Origin: Octopus sinensis
Taxonomy: Eukaryota
Assembly: GCF_006345805.1 (NCBI RefSeq)
Contig: NC_043011.1
Span: 60,648,464 to 60,712,463 of the forward strand
Length of the DNA: 64,000 nucleotides
Reading direction: 5' to 3'
The first letter of the stretch is position 1. Each line of letters opens with the position of its first letter. The position numbers were made by a program, and so were the translations under genes. Shown piece after piece: positions 24,852-37,810 of this stretch. The notes beneath the pieces are model-generated. The model saw only the letters and a list, made by a program, of their open reading frames with translations. It had not been told where the DNA came from and searched no databases.

Positions 24852-26800
24852 AAATCTTCAAGGCAGTTCCCCAGCATGGCCACAGTCTAAATGAATGGAA
24901 TATTTAAAAGAAAAGAGAGAGAGAGAGAAAGAAAGGGATTTATTGAGTGAGAGCAGGAGGGAGAGAGGGAGGGAGTCAATATCATTACGCAACAATACAC
25001 TGTTGAAGAATTAGTCAATACATTATAAGAGATGGGAAGCCAGAGAATTCTTGTGAAGTTCTACTTTAGTAAAATGGTAAATGCAAACTGCAAGAGCATT
25101 ACAGGATTTCTTAAGAGCTTTTATTGAACAAGAAAGGTTTGCTGTTGGATTGGAATAACATGACACCAAATAGGCATAATAGTTAAGCATTTAAGAATTT
25201 TAGAAATAAATATTCTTTCAGAGCTTGATGCCATGTGGTTTATAAATTTTAGAATATTTTAGATAAAAATTTATATTTATGGATAGCACACGTTCACACA
25301 CACACACACACAAATATGTATATGTATTAATACAGAGAACATAGATATATACACATGTGTGTTTATATGTTTACATGCACACACACTCACGTATTTATAC
25401 ACATAATAGACACACACACGCACCAGACACACACACACACAAATGTGTATATGTGTTAGTACATAGAACAGACATATACATGTGTTTATAGATGTATACA
25501 TGCACACACACTCATGTATTTATACACATAATAGACACACACACCACACACACACATACACACCATGTTCTTTCATTCATTTACTGCTTATGTATTGAAA
25601 ATACTTGTATTTGGTTCCAACATGGAAATGAATAAAAGAAGGCGAAGAAAACAGCAGAAAGTGAAAGAATCTGACAATGATAGCCATAAGTAGATGCGTA
25701 AAAGTACACTGGATAAGAGAAAGAGGAAAAATAAATAGAGACGAAATAGGCACAGGCAGGGCTGTGTGGTAAAGAAGCTTGCTTCCCAACCACATGGTTC
25801 CAGGTTCAGTACCATTGTGTGACACCTTGGGCAAGTATCTTCTACTATAGCCTCGGGCTGACCAAAACTTTGTGAGTGGATCTGGTAGACGGAAACTGAA
25901 AGAAGCCCATCATATCATCATCATCATTTAACGTCCACTTTCCATGCTGGCATGGGTTGGACAGTTTGAATGAGGACTGGCAAGCCAGGAGGCTGCAGCA
26001 GGCTGCAGTCCTATCTGGCAAAGTTTCTACAGCTGGATGAGTCAAAGAAAGGCTACATGGACATGTCAGGAATGGCAGCAAGATGTTTTGAGAAGCACGG
26101 AGTCTGTGATGACCTAACAGCTAACAATCAATGCAAATGGTCTCTTCCATAAGCACCCCCGAATGGTTTTTGCCTCCACCAAATTTTATATACACCCATG
26201 CCAGTGACACATTAGAGGAACCCGTGTCAATGACATGTGAGAGATACCCAGTACACTCTGGGGGAAGGGTTGGCATTAGGAAGGGCATCCAGCCATAAAA
26301 ACCAAGCTAAAACAGATCAGTGTCTGGTACAGCTCTCCTGTTGACCAGTCATGGTCAAACTTATGCCAGCATGGAAAATGGACGTATGATGATGATGATG
26401 GTGATGATGAAGACAGAGATTGCCCCAAAGCAATGGCTGAAGACACTTCCTCTGTATGTCGTGAGATTGAACCAGAGACACACAAATGTTTGTTTGTGAC
26501 GCTAACTCACTTTTTCGCTACACATCTATGCTTCAACTCTTAGTAAACGTTTAAAATGTTCCAGTAGCACACTTGTGTGCATGTTACAGTCCTCATCACC
26601 AGCAACACCAACGACATTAACAACAACTACATAAATAATTTAAATTAGCATTATATAATGTTACTTCAGGAGAAACAGCTCAGAAAATAAAGAAAAACAA
26701 AGTGGAAAATGACTGAAATAGAAATGACACAAAAAGTATCTATCAAATACATATCTATTTGTGGTAATTATTCCCAGGATATATATATATATATATACAC

Positions 26801-26831
<31 letters not shown>

Positions 26832-28041
26832 AATATTCATATATGTATTTAGATATATATGTATGTATATGTGTGTGTGTATATATATGTGTGTGTGTGT
26901 GTGTGTGTATATCTATCTTTATATATATATATGTGTGTATGTGTATGTATGTATATATAGATATAGATACACCTACACACACACATATACACACATCTAT
27001 ACATATACTCATACTGGTATTGATGCCAAGCTAAGGATGAATAATGGTCATGATGGTAATAATGATGATCGTACAAAATTAATACGGAAAACAATTCCAT
27101 TTCACTAAGTACTGCCTTCCTTCTTTTATTCTTCATTTCTATCACTTTTTTCCTTTTTATTTTATTTTATGTAAATAATAAATGAAATGATATAAAATAA
27201 TATCGATTCTTTTTTTTTTTAAACAATTACCAAACATTGAATTCTGGTTGGTATACCAAATCTAAAACTAAATTCTGGTCTGGGAATGTATGCAGTTAAT
27301 TGAATTAATCCTACTGAACGCTAGACAAAGTGTCTTGTGGTATAAATTAACAACCCTTATACTTATATATCAACCTACTAGAAATAGCAGCCAAACCTTC
27401 CTGAAATAATATCATAATATTTAAAAAAAAACAAACAACTAGGACGAAACTTTCTGACAACAAACCTATTCATGATAAAACAGTAATAGTGACATTATGA
27501 CTGACAGCTTACTGCTTCCACAACTACTACGACTACAATTTAGGATACAGCTATTTATATTGCAAAAAGTAGATAATTTTCTAAATTCTAGAGGTCAGTA
27601 GTGCCACACGTATATCTTCTGGTAAGTCACTTCTAATAATTCTTCAAGAATATAGGATTCTAGGATTCTGATTCTGTCTCACTAGATTTCCTTAATATCA
27701 GTGAAAGCAGTAACATACAAAGCTGTTTTATAAGTCATTGAATAATCTAATTACTGTGTAAGCAGTTTTCCTGGGGCGGGAGATAAATCACACATGCACA
27801 AATTGACAGACCAGCAAACCAACCGACTGACAAATAGATGTATACTGTTTATATTCAAAGAACTAGAATCTTTGAGAGACCTGAAATAAATTGCCTTTAA
27901 TGGTTGAAGTCAAAGAAGCCAAAGCTACAAAAATAATTGGATGCAAGTGTAGTACGAGGTCTACCACGGAGTCAAACAGGGTTATTTACCTTATCTTTCA
28001 GATATTTCAAGATAGTTCAAAGATAAAACACTTCGGATATT

Positions 28042-28500
28042 TCAGAGATCATTTTTTTCAGAGTCATGGGTTTTAGCATCCAACCATGATCGCTCAATGG
28101 CCTGAGTGTGTGCTCCGATCACTGGATCCACATAATGTCGTTGACGGTTCACTGTCGTCAGATGGTGATAACCTATGGCATTGAAATTATTATAAGTGGG
28201 CCACACATCTGAATGAATTAGTGAACCTTTATCATATTCTCTTTCAATAAATGGAATCAGACTGTTCCCACCACGCCGTTCCACAGAAAAATATCGACAA
28301 TCTGAACCTTGTATGAGACCAAAAACCCACGGCCGATCAATTCTACATCCATGGTTCTTGTTGTTCCATTGTTCTGCATCACTGTCTTCAAAGAGAGGAG
28401 CATTGTTGTCATTAAACATTCTTCCTCAACTGTGATTTCATTGACCAGCAAATCTTGCTTCGTCAATTTGAATGGGGTTCTCATTCCAACCATCTTCTAG
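28042..28500 (-). pseudogene. Merlin / ISXO2 (IS1595-family) DDE transposase fragment
   Basis: QIDEARFAG (QIDE at 28459-28470), WVFGLI, YFSVERR..LIPFIERE..GSLIHSDVWPTY..GYHHLTTVN..YVDP..GAHTQAIERSWLDAK. Stops and frameshifts present; cut by a family C insertion at about 28500. Confidence 0.85.
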
Positions 28501-28504
28501 CATC

Positions 28505-29018
28505 CGTACTAGCGGGGTACAAAAAGCACCATACGAGTGTGATTGTTGACAGAGCGGCTAACCGGCTTCTGTGCCAGAGGCACATAAAAGGCAACGTTCG
28601 AGTGTGATCATTACCAGCGTCGCCATACTGGCACTTGTGCCTGTGCTAGTAGGGTGCCAAGAGCACCATCCGAGCATGATCGTTGCCAGAGCAGCCAACT
28701 GGCTTCCATGCCGGTGGCACGTAAAAGGACACCATTTGAACGCGATCGTTACCAACATTGCCTTACTGGCACCTGGGCTGGTGGCATGTGTAAAAAGATT
28801 CAAGCAAGGTCATTGCCAGTACCACCTGACTGGCCCACATAAAAAGCACCCACTACACTCTCGGAGTGGTTGGCGTTAAGAAGGGCATCCAGCTGTAGAA
28901 ACTCTGCCAGATCAAGACTGGAGCCTGGTGCAGCCATCTGGTTTGCCAGCCCTCAGTCAAACCGTCCAACCCATGCAAGCATGGGAAGCGGACTTTAAAC
29001 GATGATGATGATGATGAT
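28505..29018 (+). mobile_element. Family C retroposon with 4-5 upstream ~65-bp tandem units
   Basis: Units like GGCACGTAAAAG(G/C)ACCATT..GAGCGTGATCGTTACCAGCGTCGCCTTACTGGCAC precede the core and (GAT)n tail. Confidence 0.85.
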
Positions 29019-29261
29019 TTATAGCTTTATCTCCAAAAAGTCCCCTCATTAAAGGTGATATATATTTTTGAGCATGATCCGATTTTTAATGACTAGCTAG
29101 ATAAATAAATAAATAATAAGTGATATACATTAATAGTTATTGCCAAGCTAACATGGTAGTCCAGGAAAATAGGACAAATGCTTCTGTTGATTAGCTCCAA
29201 AAGGCCATCACCTTTAGCAAGCTATGTTACACACGAACCTGTGTCCATTATAACCTTCATA

Positions 29262-29645
29262 ATTATAATAATAATGAAATTATTGTGTACGGTGCTCAGG
29301 TGCACTACAACTCATCAAAGGTACAGTGCATAGGATTTTGTACAAAAGTCAGGAAAGTGGACAGCATAAGAGTCATGATATACATGTGTGCATGTGTATG
29401 GAGGAGGGTGAGGATATCAGGTGTGGTGTTGGTACATTTCAAGAAGCATGGAGGTTTTAAAGGATGCAACGTCACAGCAACTAACAACTGATGCAGGTAG
29501 TTTGTTCCATGCTTCAGCAACTCTGAGTGTGAAAAAATGTTTCCAAAAGTTATGGGAGCTGTGCTGTTTTCTGACTTTGTAGGCATGGCCACATGTGTTA
29601 GACACATGGAGCTCAAAAAGGTGCTCAAGGTGGTTGTTAGTACAA
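29262..29645 (-). pseudogene. CR1/L2-type LINE 3' end
   Basis: ORF 29417-29605: SNTCGHAYKVRKQHSSHNFWKHFFTLRVAEAWNKLPASVVSCCDVASFK fits the TRGH..K..RK.FFS.RV...WN.LP..VV...SFK C-terminus; (ATT)n-like tail near 29270. Confidence 0.8.
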
Positions 29646-29665
29646 TGGCTAATAATTTAAGTCAG

Positions 29666-29710
<45 letters not shown>

Positions 29711-29814
29711 GATACTATACTAGTTCCACATCCTCACGTTGTTGTGTTTTCTCTTTGTGCCTTCATGTTTGGATTAACTATATATATGTGTGTGTGTGTG
29801 TGTGTATATATTTT

Positions 29815-30205
29815 TTACTTACTTGTTTCAGCCATTTGACTGTGGCCATGCTGGAGCACTGAACCCCAGAACTTATTCTTTGTAAGCCTAGTACTTATTC
29901 TATCAGTCACTTTTGTCAAACCACTAAGTTACAAGGATGTAAACACACCGCCATCAGTTGTCAAGCGATGTTGGTGGTAGGGGGGACAAACACAGACACA
30001 CAAACGTGTACACACACATACACATGTATATATATATATATACGGCAGGCTTTTTTCAGTTACTGTCTACCAAATCCACTCACAAGGCTTTGGTCAGTCA
30101 GAGGCTATAGTAGAGGACACTTGCCCAAGGTGCCATGCAGTGTGAGAATGAACCCAGAACCATGTGGTTGGTAAGCAAGCTACTTACCGCACAGCCACTC
30201 CTGCA

Positions 30206-30207
<2 letters not shown>
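29815..30207 (-). mobile_element. SINE family A, full length
   Basis: Reverse complement of the family A head, core and tail. Confidence 0.9.
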
Positions 30208-30253
<46 letters not shown>

Positions 30254-30673
30254 CATATATATAATTGCTGAACAACATCCTCATCATGGTATTTCATTAA
30301 CAAGATAAATATCAGTTGATGTCACTAATTGTCAGCCTAATTCGTTTACTCCCATTCATATTACTTCGTTTATTTTAGCAATACTGAATAAACAATCAGG
30401 TTATCATTTTAGTCATTGAGTACAACAAGGACAATGACAAATGAAAGCAATGTCAGAACACCAAGCAACGAGGGGTGAAGCTTCCAATGAGGTAGTGTGG
30501 CCGGTGAGAAATAGCAACCTAATTTTCCTCAAATCATTGCCTAGTATCCTAAACAGGACGCATAAGATGATGTAGTCTGGTATACACAGTGACCGAATAA
30601 AGGTGAGGTCGTCATGGTTGGAATGAGTATGATCATAGGACTGCTCATTAAGGGTTGGCTATACAACAAGAAC

Positions 30674-30975
30674 GTGGAGGTGCAATGGCCCAGTGGTTAG
30701 GGCAGCAGACTCGCAGTTGGAGGATTGCGGTTTCGATTCCCAGACCGGTTGTCGTGTGTGTTTATTGAGCGAAAACACCTGATGTTGCACGAGCCTCCAG
30801 CAGGGGGTGGTGGCGACTCCTGTTGTACTCATCCACCTCAACTTTCTCTCACTCTTTCTCCTTGTTTCTTGAGTAACGCTGTGATGGACTGGCTTCCTGT
30901 CCAGCCGGGGGGAACACATACGCCATAGAAACCAGGCCCATGAGCCTGGCTAGGCTTGAAAAGGGCAAAAAAAAA
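30674..30975 (+). mobile_element. SINE family H (tRNA-derived)
   Basis: A-box TGGCCCAGTGG (30686), B-box GGTTTCGATTCCC (30729), A-rich tail. Relatives at 51430-51610 (-) and 59033-59342 (+). Confidence 0.85.
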
Positions 30976-31029
30976 TTTTTTTAATAAAACCACAACCACT
31001 GTTGTGAGGAGTATGACAGCTATGATGGA

Positions 31030-31470
31030 GCCTCTGTGCAGTCATTCAAGCTGTTAGAAATAGCAGCTGAATCACACTCAAATCACAGTCTACTGTCTTA
31101 AAAAGGATGCATTCACAAATGTAGTCTGGCATGCATGACTGGATAGAGATGAAATGGCCATGGTTGGAATGCTTAGGATCATAGGACTGTTCATTCAATG
31201 TTGACCAGAGGCTAAACAATGAAAACATGACAATTGTGATAACAACACAACAATAAGGTAGCCTCTATGTGGTCAATCAATCTGCTAGAAACAGCAGTTG
31301 AATCTTCCTCAACTCATACCTCACTCACTTAGAAAAGGACAGGACATATTAGACAATGATATCCTGGTTTCCTCTGCATAGAGGAACTGTCACAGGATGG
31401 TCATAACCAGAACACCTTTCATTATAAATCTACTCTGTCAGGCCTGACTTGTAGCTAATCAACAAAAAAG
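31030..31470 (+). repeat. Two adjacent copies of unclassified short repeat F
   Basis: TAGAAA(T/C)AGCAG(C/T)TGAATC..CTTAAAAAGGA..GGATGGTCAT..GGAATGC blocks; also near 10550, 27375, 30505, 42110, 47890, 54290 and 63935. Confidence 0.6.
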
Positions 31471-31683
31471 TATTATAATCGGTTCATTAGCGAACTAATT
31501 AATTAGCTTAGCTATTCTCTTTTGTTACTTCTAAAATATAAAATTTCATGTGCATAATTGCTTCACATACCAACATTTCTTCCAATGAGTGCAAATAACC
31601 TTCTTTTCACATTCAGTAAGGTTATTATTATCGTTATCATTATCATTTTTTATTATTATTATTATTATTGTTGTTGTTGTTTA

Positions 31684-32066
31684 AGGCAGTGAGCTGATAG
31701 AAACGTTAGCACGCCGGGTGAAATGCTTAACCGTTACGTTCTGAGTTCGAATTCCGCTGAGGTCGACTTTGTCTTTTATCCTTTCGGGGTTGATAAATTA
31801 AGTACCAGTTATGCACTGGGGTCTATGTAATCGACTTAATCCGTTTGTCTGTCCTTGTCCGTCCCCTCTGTGTTTAGCCTCTTGTGGGTAGTAAAGAAAT
31901 AGGTATTTCTTCTGTCCTCACATTCTGAGTTCAAATTCCATTTGAGGTCGACTTTGCCTTTCATCCTTTCAAGGTCGATAAATTAAGTACCAGTTGAGTA
32001 CTGGGATCAATGTAATTAACTAGTCCCTCCCACTAAAATATCAGGCCTTGTGGCTATAGTAAAAAG
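31684..32066 (+). mobile_element. SINE family B followed by a partial tandem unit
   Basis: Full copy to GTAAAGAAATAGG (about 31903), then a restart at TATTTCTTCTG..TTCTGAGTTC. Confidence 0.85.
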
Positions 32067-32081
32067 GGTTATTATTATTAT

Positions 32082-32258
32082 TCAGTAGTTTTATTTTTAT
32101 AGCGTGCAGCCCTGTGTGCCTTAGGTATGTGCTGTGATTTGTTGTGATGCTCTGATGGTTACTGCATTGAAAGTGTTTTGCGTAGGATGTGTGCAGTGGC
32201 CAGTAGTGCAATTTTCTGTATGCTATATGTGTTTGTAAGTCCTGGTGTTTTGTTATGT
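32082..32258 (-). pseudogene. R4/Dong-clade 3' terminal fragment in (AAT)n
   Basis: Minus strand: ITKPPGLTNTYSIQKIALLATAHILRKTLSMQ*-like peptide, homologous to 8580-8665; (TAT)n both sides. Confidence 0.8.
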
Positions 32259-32682
32259 ATTATTATTATTATTATTATTAATGTTAAGGTGGTGAGTTGG
32301 CAGAATCATTACCGTGCCAGAAAAATGCTTAGCAGCATTTTTTCCGACTCCATGTTCTGAGTTGCAATGTTGGCAGGGTCACCTTTGCCTTTCATCTTTT
32401 CAGGGGCTGATAAAAACAAGTATCAGTTGAACAATGTAATGTTTACAACAAAGATTAGCAAATTTGCATTCAAATATCTCCTGGAAGATATGATGAAAGA
32501 ACATTCTAATCAGTGTCTGAAATCCAAGAAATACCCTTGAGAAATATCAGCAGAATATCAATAAACTTTGATTCACAACCATTTGAATAAACGGACAAAC
32601 ATAAAATAAGTGAAAATAAAGGTTACAATATCCAAGTTATAAGATTTACAGATTGTTTAGCAATCATCATCATCATCATTTT

Positions 32683-33100
32683 GGCGTAGGAGTCGCTGTG
32701 TGGTAAGCAGTCTGCTTACGAACCACATGGTTCTGGGTTCAGTCCCACTGTGTGGCACCTTGGGCAAGTATCTTCTACTGTAGCCTCGGGCCGACCAAAG
32801 CCTTGTCAGTGGATTTGGTAGATGGAAACTGAAAGAAGTCCGTCGTATAAGTGTATATATATATATATATATATGCATGTGTGTATATGTTTGTGTGTCT
32901 GTGTTTGTACCCCTGCCCCCAAAACCAACATCTCTTGACAACCGATGTTGGTCTGTTTACGTCCCTGTAACTTAGCGGTTTGGCAAAAGAGACTGATAGA
33001 ATAAGTACTAGGCTTACAAAGAATAAGTCCTGGGCTCGATTTGCTCAACTAAAGGCAGTGCTCCAGCATGGCCACAGTCAAATGAGTGAAACAAGTAAAA
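32683..33100 (+). mobile_element. SINE family A, full length
   Basis: Head, core, microsatellite and tail all present. Confidence 0.9.
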
Positions 33101-33119
33101 GGCTAAAAGCGTCTCCTTA

Positions 33120-33690
33120 TCATCATTTAATGTTGGCATCTGGAAGGGCATCCAGTTGTAACAAACATGCCAAGGCAGACCTCACCAGTGCTGTTACCAT
33201 CTGAAAAAGCACCCAGTACACTTTGTAAAGTGGTTGACATTAGGAAGGGCATCCAGTCCTTAGGTTTGCCAGTTCATGTTAAAACCTTCAACCCCATGCC
33301 AACATGGAAGATGGACATTAAATGATGATTTCTATGCTGGCATGGGTTGGATGGTTTGGTGGGAGTTGGCAAGCTAGAAGACAGCCCCAGAATCCAGCAG
33401 TCGGTTTTGGCATAATTTCTATGGCTGGATGCCCTTCCTAACACCAACCACTTCACTGAATGTGCTGGGTGCTTTTTATGCGATGCTGACCTGAGTGACT
33501 TTATACATGGCATTGACACAGGTGCTCCTGTACGTAGTGCTGACACGGGTGCCCTAGACACTGACAGGGGTGCTCTTGAATATGGCACTGACATGGGTGC
33601 TCTTGTACATGGCACTGACATGGGTGCTTTTGTACATGGTGCTGTCATAGGCACTTTTAATCTGATGCTGAATGGGTGCTTTTTACATGG
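33120..33690. mobile_element. Two family C copies tail-to-tail; the minus copy carries a 27-bp minisatellite
   Basis: ATGGCACTGACATGGGTGCTCTTGTAC units at about 33505-33655. Confidence 0.7.
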
Positions 33691-34649
33691 TGTCAGTATG
33701 TAATTAAAAATAAACACTTTTACCACCACGTACACATATATATATATACATATACACACCCATACACATTTGTACACACATATATATTTCTACACACCCA
33801 TACACATATTTCTACACAAACATATATATCTACACACACATATATCTACACACACTTACACACACAAATAAATGCAATACATGAAAGATTCTAAACAATT
33901 ATCAACAGCCATGTCAGGCTTATAGCATTTCAATGTTTCCAGTCTGTCACTCCCAAGAATGTAAAATGCCTTTCACATTCCAGGTTACCACTCTGTGTAT
34001 CCATGTCATTCATTCAGTGAGGGTGGTGGGTTGCTCAACACAACTCAGTCACTTCTATAAACACAAGAGTTTTGCATGCTTTGTGGATGTACTTCACCGC
34101 AAGTACCGAGTACTTCAGAAAGACCTCAAAAAGATGAAAGTGACAAAGAATCACAGATTAATGGCAAAACAAAACAAAGCAATACAAAGCTGTTGAAGCC
34201 GAGAAGATTATTTCAGAGTGACATAGTTTCTGGTTGTGGTCCCACCGTGTGGCACCTGGGGCAAGTGTCTCCCACTAGATAGCTGAACCTGCCAAAACCT
34301 TGTGAATGAATTTTCTCATTTCAGGCATCAGACTGTGGCCATGCTGGGGCATGCCTTATATTTTTAAACAAATGAACCAACCCCAGTACATATTCTTTAT
34401 TTTTTTTAAAGCCTGGTACTTATTCTATTGGTCTTTTTTGCTGAACCACTAAGTCACAGGAATGTAAAGACACCAACACCAAATTCTCAAGCAGTGGTGG
34501 GGGACATTCGCAAGGTTTTGCTTAGCCTGGGGTTACAGTAGAATGCTGTTGTCTAAAGTGATGTGCAGTGGGCCTGAACCTAAAACCATATGGTTGGGAA
34601 GTGAACATAATTATATAGCCATGGAAAGAAACAAAGAGAAAGAGAATGC

Positions 34650-34682
<33 letters not shown>

Positions 34683-34825
34683 AGGGAGAGAGAGAAAGCC
34701 ATAAATATATGAAGAGAGTGGGAGAGAGAGAGAGAGAGAGCCATATATAGATACATAACCATAGAAAGACAGAGAGATAGATACAAAACCGTAGACAGAC
34801 AGATAGATAGATAGATAGATAGATC

Positions 34826-34886
<61 letters not shown>

Positions 34887-35035
34887 GTAGGTAGATAGAT
34901 AGATAGATAGATAGATAGGTAGATAGATAGATAGATAGATAGATAGGTAGATAGATAGGTAGATAGATAAGTAGATAGATAGATAGAGAGAGAGAGAGAG
35001 AGGGAGAGAGAGAGAGAAGGAGAGAGCAAGAGAGA
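34650..35035. repeat. (GATA)n / (GA)n compound microsatellite
   Basis: Directly visible; source of the LSIY track ORFs. Confidence 0.95.
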
Positions 35036-35242
35036 GAATATATTAACATATTATACATATCAATAGAAATTTTCAGTAAACAATTTAAAACAAGAATAAA
35101 AAAGCCACTTATTTCCACAAGGAAATAAAATATATATATATGCACAGACACATTCGTGAAAGGCATAAAACACCAGTTATGCTTGCCATGTGTGCATGAC
35201 TGTTGAATATACATACATACACACATACATACATACACACAC

Positions 35243-35305
<63 letters not shown>

Positions 35306-35448
35306 CATATATATGTATGTATGATGAACGTAAGATTTTAATATGTTAATATGTATACGTGATTTATGTAAAATGCTTATGTGTGTGCGCACATGTGTGC
35401 GTGTGTATGTGTGTGTGTGTGTGTGTGTGTATAAAATCCGTCACACTT

Positions 35449-35567
35449 TCAGCAATTGAAGAAGAAGAATCTTTTAATCCAGTTATTGCTGTTTCTTGCG
35501 ATGTCTTGCAAGTGCACAGCAACGGAGACAGCAGCGTATGGGGGGTGGGGTAGAATATGCCGGATTA
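35449..35567 (-). other. Candidate host exon (unconfirmed; strand ambiguous)
   Basis: Unique CpG-retaining island. Minus strand has a ~100-nt AG-free pyrimidine tract, then TCTCAG|, and the phase-1 frame NPAYSTPPPYAAVSVAVHLQDIARNSNNWIKRFFFFNC*. The + strand also has an acceptor (CTTTCAG|35453) with open frames. Confidence 0.2.
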
Positions 35568-35784
35568 GCTGAGAATCAGATTTTCATTCACGACGACAAA
35601 AGATAGAGGGAAGAAAGGAAAGAAAAAAAGAAGAGAAACAAACAAGAAGAAAATGAGGAAGAAAAAGGTTCAATTTCTTCCCCCCCCCTCACACAAAAAA
35701 TATCAACACTAAATATAAAGGAATAAATGTACCTTCAGATTTGTGCATTATATGAATTCTATAACAGTAATACTACATATACAT

Positions 35785-35819
<35 letters not shown>

Positions 35820-35981
35820 TGTATGTGGGTATATATATTATGAAGAAATAGAATTAAACAAAATATGAGATAATGTATGAAATGGAATGGAATCAAATAA
35901 TGATATATCTTAGAATTTATAGCTGTGAAAGCAGGTAGTCTTTTTTTTAAGAATATTTTTGGTTGGATAATTTAGAATTAT

Positions 35982-36027
<46 letters not shown>

Positions 36028-36034
36028 CATACAT

Positions 36035-36065
<31 letters not shown>

Positions 36066-36705
36066 ATATAATATATATATATATAAAAATATATATATAT
36101 ATATACATACATATATATATACATATATATATACACGCACATGCACACACAAATACATGCCCACAGCAGAAGCTTATACAAATGTCTTACATCAAATGGG
36201 CAACCATTAAAGAGAGAGAGAAAGAGAGAGAGAGAATAAGAGAAAGAGTGAAAGAGGTAGAGTGAGAGTGTGAGAGAGAGAGACAAATAGAGAAGGATAG
36301 AGAAGGGCTGGTTTGGTGAAACAAAATATTTTAGCAGAGATTGACTCAAAGAAACAGTTAATACAATACTCTCATAACACTTCATTAATACAACCATTTG
36401 GGTTTTTTTTTTCCTGTTTGGAATCTCACAAACTTACAAACAAAAGCCGAGAAACTAGAAAAGATATAAAATAATTAATGTGAGCAGTTGCTATGAAGGC
36501 ACTCAGGATGCAAGAAATAATAGCTAAACCACTCTCAAATCTTGTACTTGATGGCCATCAATAGAAGAATTATCACAATACGCTTTGTAAAGTGGTTGGT
36601 GTTAGGAAGGGAATTCAGCCATAGAAATATTGCCAAAGAAGACACTGGAGACCGATGCAGCCCTTAAATTATTTAAATCCCATTGGACCATCCAGCCCAA
36701 GTCAG

Positions 36706-37805
36706 CATAGTCTCACAACCATTTTTTACCTAGTGACCCCTCTGATTTCCTTTTACTCAAATGGACCCTCCTAGCCATTCGGTGTTCGGAGTGGCTATGT
36801 GGTAAGTAGATTGCTTACCAACCACATGGTTCTGGGTTCATTCCCACAGCATGGCACCTTGGGCAAGTGTCTTCTACTATAGCTTCGGGCCGACCAAAGC
36901 CTTGTGAGTGGATTCGGTAGACAGAAACTGAAAGAAGCCCATCGAATATATGTATATGTTTGTGTGTCTGTGTTTGTTCTTCCAACATCACTTGACAGCC
37001 GATGCTGCTGTGTTTATGCCCTCGTAACTTAGTGGTTTGACAAAAGACACCGATAGAATAACTACTAGGCTTCCAAAGAATAAGTCCTTGGGTCGATTTG
37101 CTCGACTAAAGGCGGTGCTCCAGCATGGCCGCAGTAAAATGACTGAAACAAGTAAAAGAGAGTAAAAGAGAGTTATATTTTTATATTTAAATATTATTAG
37201 GAATTATATGAAAAAGCTGTTGAACTATTTTGTGATTTGCAGAAGTATAACGAATTCATTCTTTTATATTTAAGTTGTTTAAGTCAGAATTAGGACAACG
37301 AGGATCTCTTTCTAATGACGATCAATTAGATAATGAAATCGTTACAGCCCATGCATTCGTAATAATTTTTTTCCTCGTTATACCTGTTATAATTGGAAGA
37401 TTTGGATATTGATTAGTAGCTCTAATATTACGAGCTCCAGATATAGCATTTCTATGAATAAACAATATAAGCTTTTGACTTTTACTGTTAAGTTAGAGGG
37501 ACACAAACACACCAACATTGGCCGTCAAAGTAGTAGGGGACAAATACAGACTCAACGACACACACACATGATGGACTTCTCTCAGTTTCCGTCTACTAAA
37601 TCCACTCACGAGGCTTTGGTCAACCCAATGCTACAGCAGAAGACACTTGCACAAGATACCACATAGTGGGACTGAACCCAGAACCACGTGGTTGGGAAGC
37701 AAGCATCTTACCACACAGTCACATCTGCATCTCTCCACACAAATTTAGACAACAAAATCTAATACAGAACCCCAAGGTCATATGGACCTCAGTTAAAAAC
37801 CACTG
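36706..37805. mobile_element. Possible hAT-type non-autonomous element with nested SINEs
   Basis: Left end CATAGTCTCACAACCATTTT..GACCCC and right end GGACCTCAGTTAAAAACCACTG resemble CAGTGGTTCTCAAC-type TIRs. No TSD recognised. Confidence 0.4.
36788..37172 (+). mobile_element. SINE family A, full length
   Basis: GGAGTGGCTATGTGGTAAG head through GTAAAAGAGAGTAAAAGAG tail. Confidence 0.9.
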
Positions 37806-37810
37806 GCTAA

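Noticed and set aside
27592-27621. 30-nt micro-exon candidate with GTAAGT donor
   Set aside because: Plausible signals, but the peptide is uninformative and cannot be told from chance without RNA data.
28550-28830. CRISPR-like look of repeated ~65-bp units
   Set aside because: Degenerate contiguous units without unique spacers, part of a retroposon, eukaryotic context, no cas genes.
30674-30745. tRNA gene (also other A/B-box sites)
   Set aside because: tRNA-like heads continue into multicopy SINE bodies and lack a complete cloverleaf.
33933-34282. Overlapping 87-aa and 68-aa ORFs after a good acceptor
   Set aside because: No recognisable domain, no donor, runs into a SINE; left unassigned.
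34522-35292. 256-aa ORF, the longest in the track
   Set aside because: Made of (TA)n, (CT)n and (TATC)n translations.
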